A stretch of DNA of 64,000 nucleotides, taken from NCBI RefSeq assembly GCF_041586535.1, contig NZ_JBFGZY010000003.1, positions 1,021 to 65,020 of the forward strand, read 5' to 3'. The number at the start of each line of letters is the position of its first letter. Positions within the stretch are counted from its first letter, which is position 1. The translations under genes and the position numbers were made by a program. Of this stretch, positions 28,487-38,866 are shown one piece after another. The notes beneath the pieces are model-generated. The model had not been told where the DNA came from. It saw only the letters and a program-made list of their open reading frames with translations, and made no database searches. The stretch is from Psychromonas sp. GTDB lineage: Bacteria > Pseudomonadota > Gammaproteobacteria > Enterobacterales > Psychromonadaceae.

Positions 28487-29421
28487 TGGCAAATAGTGTC
28501 AGCAACAATTCATTAAAAACTGCATCGGCTAACATTCATCGTGCTTCAGTGTGTAAAAATACACCTCGTACTGGTGACTATTTAGAGTTGTGTAAGATTA
28601 AAGTAGTCGCTTTGCTGGTCTTAACCGCATTGGTCGGATTGGCTCTGGCACCTGATATGGGACGCGGTTATTTCGTGCAAACTTTAAGTTTGCTGGGAAT
28701 AGGGCTGTTATCCGCTAGCGCTGCAGTGATCAATCATATCGTCGACAATAAAATTGATGCGAAGATGGTGCGCACAAAAAACCGGCCTCTGGTGAGAAGA
28801 GTCGTATCGCGTCAGCAAGCCTTGTTGTTTTCAGCTGTGATAGGGACGTTGGGTTTTGTTTTGTTAGTTTTTGCCGCTAACTGGTTAACTGCGCAACTGA
28901 CCTTATTTTCCCTGGTCGGTTATGCTTTTATTTACACTATTTTTTTAAAACGCGCCACCCCGCAAAATATTGTAATAGGTGGCTTGGCCGGCGCAATGCC
29001 GCCGCTGTTAGGCTGGGTTTCTGAAACCGGTGTATTGGCTGCAGAGCCTTGGATACTGGTGATGATTATCTTCACCTGGACCCCCCCTCATTTTTGGGCA
29101 CTGGCGATTCACCGTAGAGCTGATTATGCAAAAGCTAAAATTCCTATGTTGCCGGTTACCCATGGCGTCGATTTTACCAAAACCTGTGTTTTGTTATACA
29201 GCTTATTACTTGCCATCGTATGTTGTTTACCGTTTTTAATTCATATGTCCGGTTATCTGTATTTGACCATTGCAATCCTGATCAATGTTGTTTTTATCTA
29301 TAAAGCAGCCAGATTAAAACTATCTGATCAATCCTATGGCGCACTGGATCTTTTTAAATATTCTATTATTCATTTAACTATATTATTTATTGCCCTGTTT
29401 TTAGATAAAGCCTTTCTGTAA
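28486..29421 (+). CDS. cyoE: protohaem IX farnesyltransferase (haem O synthase)
   Basis: 311 aa UbiA-family protein. Motifs NHIVDNKIDAKMVRTKNRP and WTPPHFWALA are present. Its start overlaps the ctaA stop. Confidence 0.9.
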   Translation: MANSVSNNSLKTASANIHRASVCKNTPRTGDYLELCKIKVVALLVLTALVGLALAPDMGRGYFVQTLSLLGIGLLSASAAVINHIVDNKIDAKMVRTKNRPLVRRVVSRQQALLFSAVIGTLGFVLLVFAANWLTAQLTLFSLVGYAFIYTIFLKRATPQNIVIGGLAGAMPPLLGWVSETGVLAAEPWILVMIIFTWTPPHFWALAIHRRADYAKAKIPMLPVTHGVDFTKTCVLLYSLLLAIVCCLPFLIHMSGYLYLTIAILINVVFIYKAARLKLSDQSYGALDLFKYSIIHLTILFIALFLDKAFL

Positions 29422-29439
29422 ACTCCCCCCCCCTCGATC

Positions 29440-29472
29440 ATTTCACAGCCATGCGATGCATGGCTGTGAAAT
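29440..29472. other. perfect 15-bp-arm palindrome (ATTTCACAGCCATGC gat GCATGGCTGTGAAAT)
   Basis: Read directly. It lies 19 nt after the cyoE stop and follows a C9 run (29425-29433). Neither strand has a U-tail. Confidence 0.7.
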
Positions 29473-29534
29473 GATGGTCAACAGATCTAGGGTCAGCAGC
29501 CCCTAATAATAATTCAATCAGCTGAAAGGATAAT

Positions 29535-30866
29535 ATGAGAACCTCGGAAACAATCGCGCTTGCTAAAGACATTTTTATCCAAACCCGGCCAATGGTCTTT
29601 GGTATCCTTTTTTTGATGAGCTTTCAGCTGGCAGACAGTACTTTTATCAGTCAACTGGGCGTGCTTCCATTGGCCGCACAAGGTTTTACCATGCCGTTAC
29701 AGATGGTGATTATTGGTCTGCAGGTCGGACTGGGTATTGCCACAACGGCTATTATTTCAAGAATTTTAGGCCAGAAAGAGGACCTCAGAGCCAGGCAGAT
29801 TGGCGGGCTGGTGATGACTATAGGAGCTTTAGGGGTTTTTCTCATTGCGCTTATTATCTGGCTGATTCGCTACAACATATTAACTCTGTTAGGTGCCCCG
29901 GCGGAGGTGACGCCCTATATAAACCAATATTGGCCGCTTTGGTTATGCAGTGCGTGGTTGGGGGCAATGCTCTATTTTGCTTACAGTATCTGCCGCTCCC
30001 ATGGCAATACATTTTTACCCGGCATGTTAATGATGACAACCAGCATTATCAATATCATCCTGGATCCGATTTTTATCTTTTATTTTGATTTTGGTTTGGT
30101 AGGGGCAGCAATCGCGACCCTATGTTCTTTCAGCATCGGCCTGTTGATTATTATCCCCAAAGTAGCGGAGAAAAGTTGGCTCTCTTTTGATTGGGCTACT
30201 CTGCAGATATGGCTGTCAATCAAAGAGCTTAACGCCGTGATGATACCGGCAATGATGAGTCAATTATTACCGCCGCTCTCCTCTATGCTTGCGACTAAAA
30301 TTGTGGCCGCTTTTGGCGCTGCCGCAATAGCCGGCTGGGCAATGGTATCGCGTATTGAGTTTTTTACTATTGTTGTCGTACTCGCATTAACCATGTCGTT
30401 ACCGCCTATGATTGGGCGACTGTTCGGTGCAAAAGATTGCCTTACCATTATTCGCTTGGTGAAGATGGCAGTATTATTCACGCTGTGTTTACAAGGTCTA
30501 TTAGCAGTGGTGTTTTTTATTTTTGCTGCACCGTTAGCTTCTTTTTTTAGTGCGGAGGAGCAGGTAGTGGCTGTTATTTATCAATATCTGGTGCTCGTAC
30601 CGATTAGTTTATCTTCATTAGGTGTATGTATATTAATGGTGTCTATTTGTAATGCCCTTGCCATGCCGATGCGGGCGTTACTTATTTCAGCATTACGTCT
30701 ATTCGTTTGTTATCTGCCATTGCTTTGGGGAGCAAGTAGACTTTGGCAGTTGGATGGGGTTTTTATTGGCGCGATGTTGGGCAATATCCTGGCAGGTTTA
30801 ATGGCCTGGAGTCTTTATTATCACGCCATTAGAAAAATAGCGGTTCATTCGCCGTTAATTGATTAA
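29535..30866 (+). CDS. MATE-family efflux transporter
   Basis: 443 aa, 12 TM, with duplicated 6-TM halves typical of MatE. Confidence 0.8.
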   Translation: MRTSETIALAKDIFIQTRPMVFGILFLMSFQLADSTFISQLGVLPLAAQGFTMPLQMVIIGLQVGLGIATTAIISRILGQKEDLRARQIGGLVMTIGALGVFLIALIIWLIRYNILTLLGAPAEVTPYINQYWPLWLCSAWLGAMLYFAYSICRSHGNTFLPGMLMMTTSIINIILDPIFIFYFDFGLVGAAIATLCSFSIGLLIIIPKVAEKSWLSFDWATLQIWLSIKELNAVMIPAMMSQLLPPLSSMLATKIVAAFGAAAIAGWAMVSRIEFFTIVVVLALTMSLPPMIGRLFGAKDCLTIIRLVKMAVLFTLCLQGLLAVVFFIFAAPLASFFSAEEQVVAVIYQYLVLVPISLSSLGVCILMVSICNALAMPMRALLISALRLFVCYLPLLWGASRLWQLDGVFIGAMLGNILAGLMAWSLYYHAIRKIAVHSPLID

Positions 30867-31001
30867 TCCTTTGTCAGCTATTGCTAAAAAATTGGCAAGT
30901 GTAATTTTGCAGGATTAACCACCTAAATGACAGGTTTAAGCTAAACTTTAGGGGATACCGAATCAGATAATTATCTGAATATAGCGCTACCAGGTGATGA
31001 T

Positions 31002-32273
31002 ATGCTAAACAACGATCATGTAAAGCGCCTGTATTTTATAGGCGATATTCACGCTCAATATAACAAACTGCTTAAGCTGCTTGAACATCTGGATTTTGAT
31101 ATTGATGATCTGGAATCAAATGCGGGTAATGCTCAACTGGTTTTTATTGGTGATCTGATTGATAGTGAACCGGGTTTTGATGGCGACCATTTAAATTTAC
31201 TGAGGCTTATTAAACACCTTGTTGATAACAATTATGCATATTGCCTGCTTGGTAATCATGAATTTAATGCCATAGGCTGGGCCACAGAGCTTAGAACAGG
31301 GCAGTGGGCAAGGCCACATTCCGCGCATAATTTCAAACAGCATCAAAGTTTTTTAGAGGCGGTTGGAGAAGGTTCGGAGGAGCATAGCTATTGGATAAAC
31401 TGGTTTAAAAAACTGCCATTTTTTATTGAATTCGAATCAGTACGTGCGATACATGCCTGTTGGGATGAACAAGTTATCAGCGCGATTGAACCTTATTTAA
31501 ATGAAAATCACAGTTTAAAAGAGGAGTACTGGCAAAATGCATTTGATCCGAACCATGAGTTGTTTGGATTATGTGAAACCTTATTAAAAGGCCCTGAATA
31601 CCCCTTACCCAAGGGGAAGTTCTTTTTTGATATAACAGGTGAAAAACGTACAACGAAACGTTCAGAATGGTGGCAATTTTATGATCAGCAGGACGATACC
31701 CCCCCCGTTATTATCGGTCATTACATGCTGTCAGGATTGCCTCAGGCGAAATCAAAAAACGTAGTTTGTGTTGATTATAATGCGGCAAAAGCAGAACAGC
31801 CTTTAGTTTCCTATCAGGTTTCCTTACCGGCAGATGATCAGCAATACGAATTTGCGAATAAAAGCTATTTTCGCTATGTGGATCAACCCGATCTGGAAGA
31901 TTTAACCAATCAGGGTTTAATATCTTTATTAGAGTTGCAGCTGCAGTTATTTAAAACATTTCAGGATGAACATTTCACTGAAAATGAAGAAGCCTTTGTT
32001 GAGTTTTTAAGTGACATTTTATGGCGGGAATGGAACCCTATGGCATTAACGGATTTAGATGACTGCAGAGATGAGTATTCATCTTTCGAAGAAGGGGCTT
32101 TCCTGTTTGCAAAATATAGTAATGTGGCCTTATTGGGGGCTTATTTATATTTATCCCAGAGTATTTCAATAGGGCTTGATATCAAAAATGCCAAGCAAAA
32201 ATGCGCCCATGTTGCATGGATGCTGATCGAAAAAGCTAAAGATTCCGGTATTAATCAAAATAGTGAATTTTAG
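31002..32273 (+). CDS. calcineurin-like metallophosphoesterase (ApaH/PrpE-like) fused to an unassigned C-terminal domain
   Basis: N-terminal motifs GDIHA, GDLIDS, GNHE and IIGHY are present. I cannot place the last roughly 130 aa (…ILWREWNPMALTDLDDCRDEY…) in a family. Confidence 0.8.
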   Translation: MLNNDHVKRLYFIGDIHAQYNKLLKLLEHLDFDIDDLESNAGNAQLVFIGDLIDSEPGFDGDHLNLLRLIKHLVDNNYAYCLLGNHEFNAIGWATELRTGQWARPHSAHNFKQHQSFLEAVGEGSEEHSYWINWFKKLPFFIEFESVRAIHACWDEQVISAIEPYLNENHSLKEEYWQNAFDPNHELFGLCETLLKGPEYPLPKGKFFFDITGEKRTTKRSEWWQFYDQQDDTPPVIIGHYMLSGLPQAKSKNVVCVDYNAAKAEQPLVSYQVSLPADDQQYEFANKSYFRYVDQPDLEDLTNQGLISLLELQLQLFKTFQDEHFTENEEAFVEFLSDILWREWNPMALTDLDDCRDEYSSFEEGAFLFAKYSNVALLGAYLYLSQSISIGLDIKNAKQKCAHVAWMLIEKAKDSGINQNSEF

Positions 32274-32385
32274 CTACCCTGAAACCTATTTAACCTCAGG
32301 TTGCCAACCTTTTATATATACAGTGCCGTTAGTTTTGTGCACTTCAAGGTAAATTATCATAGCAATAGCAGGCTATTGGGAGATG

Positions 32386-32423
32386 ATTTAACGCAGAAAT
32401 ACGCGAAAATAACGCTATTGTAT
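32386..32423. repeat. 38-bp dispersed repeat, copy 2
   Basis: ATTTAACGCAGAAATACGCGAAAATAACGCTATTGTAT is 36/38 identical to 8532..8569. Confidence 0.7.
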
Positions 32424-32503
32424 TGATTTGCTTATCCAGAGTTGAGGTTATTTACCTTTCGCTCTGTTTTTACAGCCGTTTTTGTAACAGCAGTATTGAG
32501 CTA

Positions 32504-34030
32504 TCAGTCTTTTGTTTTCTCCAGTTCCAGCTCTTTTTCTTTAACAGGCGGACAGTGGTAGCTTTTGCTGATGGTACCATTTTCGATTGAATGCAAGTGC
32601 ACATCAAATCCCCACAAACGGCGAATATGTTTTAAGACTTTGTCAGTTGAATCGCCTAAAGGTTTACGGGCATGCTGACTGTGATGCAGGGTTAATGAAC
32701 GATCTCCTTCAATATCAACACTGTAAACTTGTATATTAGGCTCCTGATTGCCTAAATTATAGTGACCGGCAAGTGTTTCTCTAATGTGCTGGTATCCGCG
32801 ATCATCGTGAATAGCATCGACTGCAATGTAGGGGTTTTTATCATCATCGACAATACAAAAAAGTTTTAAATCCCGGATTACCTTGGGAGATAAATACTGC
32901 AGAATAAAACTTTCATCCTTATAATTGCGCATGGCATTATCTAAACTTGCCTGCCAGTTACTGCCTGCCAGATCAGGAAACCACTGCTTATCCTCCTCCG
33001 TCGGGTGCTCACATATACGGCGGATATCAATCATCATATTAAAGCCTAAGGTATAGGGATTAATGCCGCTATAATATTTACTGTCAAAAGGTGGCTGATA
33101 AATAACACTGGTATGTGTTTGTAAAAATTCCAATATAAAGCCTTCTGTGACCAGCCCCCGGTTGTACATTTCATTAAGCAGGGTGTAGTGCCAAAAACAC
33201 GCCCAGCCCTCATTCATTACCTGAGTTTGCCGCTGCGGATAAAAATATTGAGAAATTTTACGCACTATACGGACCACTTCTCTTTGCCATGGCCTCAGCA
33301 GGGGAGCATGCTTTTCAATAAAATAAAGTAAGTTTTCCTCCGGCTCTCTGGGAAAGCGTTTATTGTTTTTACGCGCAGCTGTTTTTCCCTGAGGAATGGT
33401 TCGCCATAAATCATTGACCAGCTTTTGCAGAATCTCTTCCCGCTCTTTTTGACGATTGCTTTCCTCTTTAGCTGAGATAGGATAAGGGCGTTTATAGCGA
33501 TCCACACCGTAATTCATTATTGCATGGCAAGAGTCAATAAGTTTTTCGACTTCTTCAATGCCATGGCGCTCCTCACACTCTGCAATGTAATTTTTGGCAA
33601 ACAGCAGATAATCAATAATAGAGTCCGCATCTGTCCAGGTTTTAAATAAATAATTACCTTTGAAAAAAGAGTTGTGTCCATAACAGGCATGCGCAATGAC
33701 CAACGCCTGCATGGTCATCGTATTTTCTTCCATCAAGTAGGCAATACAGGGGTTTGAGTTAATGACTATTTCGTAAGCTAAGCCCATTTGTCCGCGGCTG
33801 TATGAACGTTCTGTATTAATGAATTGTTTGCCATAGGACCAGTGATGATACCCTAAGGGCATTCCGGTGGAAGCATAGGCATCCATCATCTGTTCCGAGC
33901 TGATTACCTCAATCTGATTTGGATAGGTATCCAGACCAAATTCTGTCGCGATTTTACTTATTTCATGGTCATAGAGCTCGATAAGCTCGAAGGTCCATTC
34001 AGAGGAGGTAGAAAGTGGTTTTTGTTTCAT
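32504..34030 (-). CDS. ycgB: SpoVR-family protein (YcgB-like)
   Basis: 508 aa. It is the third gene of the conserved prkA-yeaH-ycgB arrangement, with a 4-nt overlap with yeaH. Confidence 0.85.
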   Translation of the reverse strand: MKQKPLSTSSEWTFELIELYDHEISKIATEFGLDTYPNQIEVISSEQMMDAYASTGMPLGYHHWSYGKQFINTERSYSRGQMGLAYEIVINSNPCIAYLMEENTMTMQALVIAHACYGHNSFFKGNYLFKTWTDADSIIDYLLFAKNYIAECEERHGIEEVEKLIDSCHAIMNYGVDRYKRPYPISAKEESNRQKEREEILQKLVNDLWRTIPQGKTAARKNNKRFPREPEENLLYFIEKHAPLLRPWQREVVRIVRKISQYFYPQRQTQVMNEGWACFWHYTLLNEMYNRGLVTEGFILEFLQTHTSVIYQPPFDSKYYSGINPYTLGFNMMIDIRRICEHPTEEDKQWFPDLAGSNWQASLDNAMRNYKDESFILQYLSPKVIRDLKLFCIVDDDKNPYIAVDAIHDDRGYQHIRETLAGHYNLGNQEPNIQVYSVDIEGDRSLTLHHSQHARKPLGDSTDKVLKHIRRLWGFDVHLHSIENGTISKSYHCPPVKEKELELEKTKD

Positions 34031-35301
34031 ATGACCTGCTTGTGAAATAGTTCGCGAAACACAGTGTAGATTTCAGAGGCATCAACAACCTGTGCCATGG
34101 CAAATGTATCCGGATAACTTTCTTCAACCTGCTCGTAAACATGCCAAAGTGACTGGTGAGCACGCGGCGTGATTTCAATATAGGAAAAATACTGCAAGTT
34201 AGGTAAAAGCGAATTACATAATATCTCTTTACAAACTGCTGAGTCATTATTCCAATTATCCCCGTCAGATGCTTGTGCGCCATAGATGTTCCAGTCACCA
34301 AGGGGATAACGCTGTTCAATAATTTTCTGCATCAATTTCAGCGCGCTGGAAACAATCGTCCCGCCTGTTTCGCGTGAATAGAAAAACTCCTGTTCATCCA
34401 CCTCTTTAGCACTGGTGTGGTGGCGAATAAATACAATTTCGGTACGTTCATAATTCCGTTGAATAAACAGATAGAGTAAAATAAAAAAACGTTTAGCGAC
34501 CTCTTTGGTGGCTTGATCCATTGAGCCTGAAACATCCATAATACAGAACATCACGGCTTTCGCCTGCGGCATCGGCTCTTTTGCCCGTAGGTGGTATTTC
34601 AGATCAAAATCATCTAACCAGGGCACGCGCTTTATCAGCGATTTTAAGTGGTTGATTTTTTTCAGTAACCTGTCAATTTCAGTCTGATTACGCAGGATCG
34701 GCTCTGCTGCTTCTAATAATTGCAGCTGCTGCTCAAGTACTTTTAATTTTTTACGTTTACCCAATGTGAGTGCGATACGCCGAGCATGGGCGGACTTTAA
34801 TGATCTGACAACATCCATTTGCCCCGGAGAACCCTGGTTGCTGAAACCTGCTTTGCGGAGTTTGAATTCATCTATGCCGGCTAACTGACGCTTAACCATA
34901 TTAGGTAACGCCAGATCTTCAAACATAAAATTAAGAAACTCTTCCTGTGTTATTTCAAAAATGAATGCATCTTCACCTTCACCGCTGTCACTTGCACCTG
35001 ATCCGCTGCCACCTGCATCTCCCGCCGGGGGGCGGGGGATCTGATCACCGCTGATGAAATCTTTATTGCCCGGTAATATGCGTTCGCTATGCCCGCCTTG
35101 ACCATGATGAAAAAGTGGTTCCTGTATATCCCCAGCGGGGATATGTATCTCTTCACCATGTTCAATATCGGTAATGGAACGATGAGTTATTGCATCCGCC
35201 ACCGCTTTTTTGATATGGATACGGTAACGCTTTAAAAAGCGCTGTCTATTAACCGTGCTCTTTTTTTTAGCATTTAGTCGGCGATCAACAATATAGCTCA
35301 T
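34027..35301 (-). CDS. yeaH: YeaH/YhbH-family protein (DUF444, vWA-like)
   Basis: Starts at [26 protein letters not shown] (ATG 35301, GAGG 9 nt upstream). A Gly/Ser/Asp-rich loop and vWA-like [10 protein letters not shown] are present. Confidence 0.85.
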   Translation of the reverse strand: MSYIVDRRLNAKKKSTVNRQRFLKRYRIHIKKAVADAITHRSITDIEHGEEIHIPAGDIQEPLFHHGQGGHSERILPGNKDFISGDQIPRPPAGDAGGSGSGASDSGEGEDAFIFEITQEEFLNFMFEDLALPNMVKRQLAGIDEFKLRKAGFSNQGSPGQMDVVRSLKSAHARRIALTLGKRKKLKVLEQQLQLLEAAEPILRNQTEIDRLLKKINHLKSLIKRVPWLDDFDLKYHLRAKEPMPQAKAVMFCIMDVSGSMDQATKEVAKRFFILLYLFIQRNYERTEIVFIRHHTSAKEVDEQEFFYSRETGGTIVSSALKLMQKIIEQRYPLGDWNIYGAQASDGDNWNNDSAVCKEILCNSLLPNLQYFSYIEITPRAHQSLWHVYEQVEESYPDTFAMAQVVDASEIYTVFRELFHKQVI

Positions 35302-35619
35302 AATCAACGACCTCAAGCGCAGTTAATAGCAGGCGATGGATTTTTATTTGGGTAAAAAACATTTAATCTCCTTAGGGCCTGTTTATTTCTCGTGGTTAAT
35401 TTTGTTCGGGATAAAATCGTTTTAATCGTGGTGCGAAGTTTGCGGCCTGGTCATCCTAAACAAATACTTCGCAACAAAGAGTAAAACACTTTTAGCGGAA
35501 CCCATCGGTGGCATTTGTAGAACAACGACACCGCACAGCCTTTGCCTTGTACAAAGAACCTGAAAATGGCAGTAAAAACAATCTCGAAAGATAAATAGCC
35601 CCTAACCTAAGCAGAGTTA

Positions 35620-37542
35620 TTATTGCGACTTTCTGACCCGTAAATACCACTCGGAAAGCAGGCGAACTTGTTTTTCCGTATACCCGCGGGCACTCATACG
35701 ATCAACAAACTCTCTGTGTTTATTTTGCTCATCAGCTGACGCTTTTTTACTAAAGGAGATAACCGGTAATAGATCTTCTGTATTAGAAAACATTTTTTTC
35801 TCAATGACGGTACGTAACTTTTCATAACTACTCCAAGTAGGGTTTTTACCATCATTATTTGCGCGAGCACGTAATACAAAATTTACTATTTCATTACGGA
35901 AATCCTTCGGATTACTGATGCCAGCAGGTTTTTCAATTTTTTCTAGCTCTTCGTTAAGGGATGCCCGGTTGAGAATCTCTCCGGTTTCAGGTGTCCTGAA
36001 GTCTTGATCCTGAATCCAGAAATCTGCATAGGTGACATAACGGTCAAAGATGTTTTGTCCGTATTCGGCGTAGGACTCTAAATAAGCGGTTTGGATCTCT
36101 TTACCTATAAATTCTACGTAACGAGGAGCAATAAACTCTTTGATAAAAGTTAAATATTTTTCCTGTAACTCCTTATTAAACTGCTGCTGTTCAATCTGCT
36201 GCTCTAATACATACAAAAGATGGACCGGATTGGCGGCAACTTCAGTAGGATCAAAGTTAAAGACCTTTGCCAGAATTTTAAAAGCAAAACGGGTGGATAA
36301 ACCGTTCATTCCTTCATCGACGCCTGCTGTATCTCTATATTCCTGTATCGATTTAGCTTTAGGATCAGTGTCTTTTAAGTTTTCACCATCATAGACCTTC
36401 ATTTTCGAATATATACTTGAATTATCAGGCTCTTTTAAGCGAGACAGGATAACGAACTTAGCCAGCATTTTAAGTGTATCCGGTGCACACAAGGCCGCAT
36501 GCAGGGAGCTGTTTTCCAGCAATTTTTCATAAATTCTTACTTCTTCGGAGACGCGCAGGCAATAAGGGATTTTGACAATGTAGACACGGTCAATAAAGGC
36601 TTCATTATTTTTATTATTTTTAAAATTCTGCCATTCAGATTCATTGGAGTGGGCAAGAATAATCCCCTCAAAGGGAATGGCACTTAAACCCTCGGTACTG
36701 TTGTAATTACTTTCCTGCGTTGCGGTTAATAATGGATGAAGCACTTTGATCGGCGCTTTAAACATTTCCACAAATTCCATCAACCCCTGATTGGAGCGGC
36801 ATAAAGCACCTGAAAAGCTGTAAGCATCTGGATCATTTTGTGGAAAATCTTCAAGCTGGCGAATATCTACTTTACCCACCAGTGAGGATATATCCTGATT
36901 ATTTTCATCACCCGGCTCAGTCTTAGAAATAGCGATTTGATTTAATATAGAGGGATAGAGTTTAACCACGCGGAATTTATTTATGTCACCATTGTATTCA
37001 ATCAAACGTTTGCCGGCCCAGGGCGACATAATAGTACCTATATAACGTTTCGCAATGCCATAGTCTTCTTTGAGGATCTGTCCATCCTCTTCCGGATCAA
37101 ATAACCCCAGAGGTGATTCAAATACCGGAGAGCCTTTAATACAGTAGATCGGCTGTTTTTCCATCAGCGATTTCAGTTTTTCAGCCAATGACGATTTACC
37201 ACCACCTACGGGACCAAGCAGATAAAGAATCTGTTTCTTCTCTTCCAGGCCCTGCGCTGCGTGTTTAAAGAAAGAGACAATATTTTCTATACACTCTTCC
37301 ATTCCATAGAAATCTTTGAAGGTGGCATAGCGTTTGATTACTTTATTGGAGAAGATACGACTTAAGCGTGTATCGCGTGAGGTATCTATTAGTTCCGGCT
37401 CACCAATTGCCATCAGTATGCGTTCCGCTGCAGAAGCATAAACACTGGGATCTTTTTTACATAGATCCAGATATTCCTGAATGGACATCTCTTCCTCTTT
37501 GACATTCTCGTAACGCTCACGATAGTGATCTAAAAGATTCAT
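35620..37542 (-). CDS. yeaG: PrkA-family serine protein kinase (YeaG-like)
   Basis: 640 aa. Contains a Walker A LLGPVGGGKSS and is PrkA-like end to end. Confidence 0.9.
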   Translation of the reverse strand: MNLLDHYRERYENVKEEEMSIQEYLDLCKKDPSVYASAAERILMAIGEPELIDTSRDTRLSRIFSNKVIKRYATFKDFYGMEECIENIVSFFKHAAQGLEEKKQILYLLGPVGGGKSSLAEKLKSLMEKQPIYCIKGSPVFESPLGLFDPEEDGQILKEDYGIAKRYIGTIMSPWAGKRLIEYNGDINKFRVVKLYPSILNQIAISKTEPGDENNQDISSLVGKVDIRQLEDFPQNDPDAYSFSGALCRSNQGLMEFVEMFKAPIKVLHPLLTATQESNYNSTEGLSAIPFEGIILAHSNESEWQNFKNNKNNEAFIDRVYIVKIPYCLRVSEEVRIYEKLLENSSLHAALCAPDTLKMLAKFVILSRLKEPDNSSIYSKMKVYDGENLKDTDPKAKSIQEYRDTAGVDEGMNGLSTRFAFKILAKVFNFDPTEVAANPVHLLYVLEQQIEQQQFNKELQEKYLTFIKEFIAPRYVEFIGKEIQTAYLESYAEYGQNIFDRYVTYADFWIQDQDFRTPETGEILNRASLNEELEKIEKPAGISNPKDFRNEIVNFVLRARANNDGKNPTWSSYEKLRTVIEKKMFSNTEDLLPVISFSKKASADEQNKHREFVDRMSARGYTEKQVRLLSEWYLRVRKSQ

Positions 37543-37842
37543 AACCTCTCCTCATCATAGGTAAAAGAGTAAGCTGCATCAGCTTATATGTTTTGCCTGT
37601 GATATTTTTCCCAATGCATCATGCGATGGTTAATGTTATCTGCCGCTCAACATTATTACTCTTAGTTAAGAATAGTCAAAAATCTAAATTAATTGCGTTA
37701 CTTTTTAAAAAAGTATGTAAAAAATAGTTGCTTACGTAACAATTTCATAAAATTGTTTTGATATTAAGTGGTGGTTTTCTTAACTTTTTCACCTGCAGCT
37801 GCTTGTTGTAGCGGTTGTCATTGAGTGAAAGTATCACTTTGA

Positions 37843-38487
37843 TTATTGCATCCATTTATTGAAATTAGGTGGGTATACACTTTTCATCAGGTACTGGCTT
37901 TGCTGCAGACTAGCCTCCAACTCATGCAGCTCATTGAATACCAAATAAGCTTTATCTTTGTAGGGCAGGTCTGCGAAATGGGTAATAAGACAAGAGACCA
38001 TACCGGCATTATTTGCTGCTTGTATATCATAAAGGTGATCACCAACATAAATAATATTGCGACAGTCTATCCCCCATAGTTGTGCTATTGCAATTAAGGC
38101 ATCAGGGTTAGGTTTGGCGGGATAATCTTCACGAGTTAATAAAATATCAACGTTGATCGCATTTTTTTTCAATTTGAGCTGCGCGGCCCGCAGACAGTTT
38201 CTTGTCACGATAGCGGTAGGGTATTTCTGCAGCGCAAGAAATGCTAATAAACTTTCACAGCCTGGCAAATGCGAAGATGTCAGAGCGTCTAACTTTTCAT
38301 GAGCAATAATAAAATCATTAGCCTGTTTAATAAGCGTTGCTGATTTCATCGCTTTGATAAACTCTAATATATCAGTCCTGTCCGGACAGTTCAGGATATC
38401 TCTTAACAACCGGAAGTTAAGTTGTGAGGTGACCAGGGTGTTATCCAAATCAAATATAAGGGCTTGTATACTGCTCAATTTGTTCAT
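37843..38487 (-). CDS. HAD-superfamily hydrolase
   Basis: Motif I is FDLDNTLV, motif II is VTRN, and motif IV is VGDHLYD. Confidence 0.8.
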   Translation of the reverse strand: MNKLSSIQALIFDLDNTLVTSQLNFRLLRDILNCPDRTDILEFIKAMKSATLIKQANDFIIAHEKLDALTSSHLPGCESLLAFLALQKYPTAIVTRNCLRAAQLKLKKNAINVDILLTREDYPAKPNPDALIAIAQLWGIDCRNIIYVGDHLYDIQAANNAGMVSCLITHFADLPYKDKAYLVFNELHELEASLQQSQYLMKSVYPPNFNKWMQ

Positions 38488-38866
38488 TAGTTAGTTCACT
38501 ATCTCGCGTCTACTTTCAGACTATCCCAATATAATGATCCTCTGTTTTAGGGGAGTCTTCCGGTAGGGGGTACAAGGCAACTTGGCTTCAGGCAGTCCTA
38601 AATTGCATTTGCAAAATAGATACCCTGTGTCCAGTGTTAGACTTTAATTATATTATATTGTTCATTTGTATTTTTAATTCGCTGTTTTTGCGATTGAAAA
38701 GGTGGCATATGTCAGTCAGATACTATGTTATTTTGGAAAAAATAATAACAAATCAATATGTTATTGATATTCATAGAATATCGAGGTAGTTTAAAGATAA
38801 TTGTCGATTTTTGCGTGTATAATGTGTGCTTAATGTCTTGCCATTTTGCTTTAAGAAAAGGATTTT

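Noticed and set aside
32368-32379. 12-mer AGCAGGCTATTG shared with 42559-42570
   Set aside because: Exact 12-mer coincidences are expected many times by chance in 64 kb on two strands, and the flanks do not align.
35284-35361. Small ORF with a strong AAGGAG in the prkA-yeaH spacer
   Set aside because: Careful re-reading gives only 12 codons (MFFTQIKSIACY) before a stop, which is too short and featureless to call.
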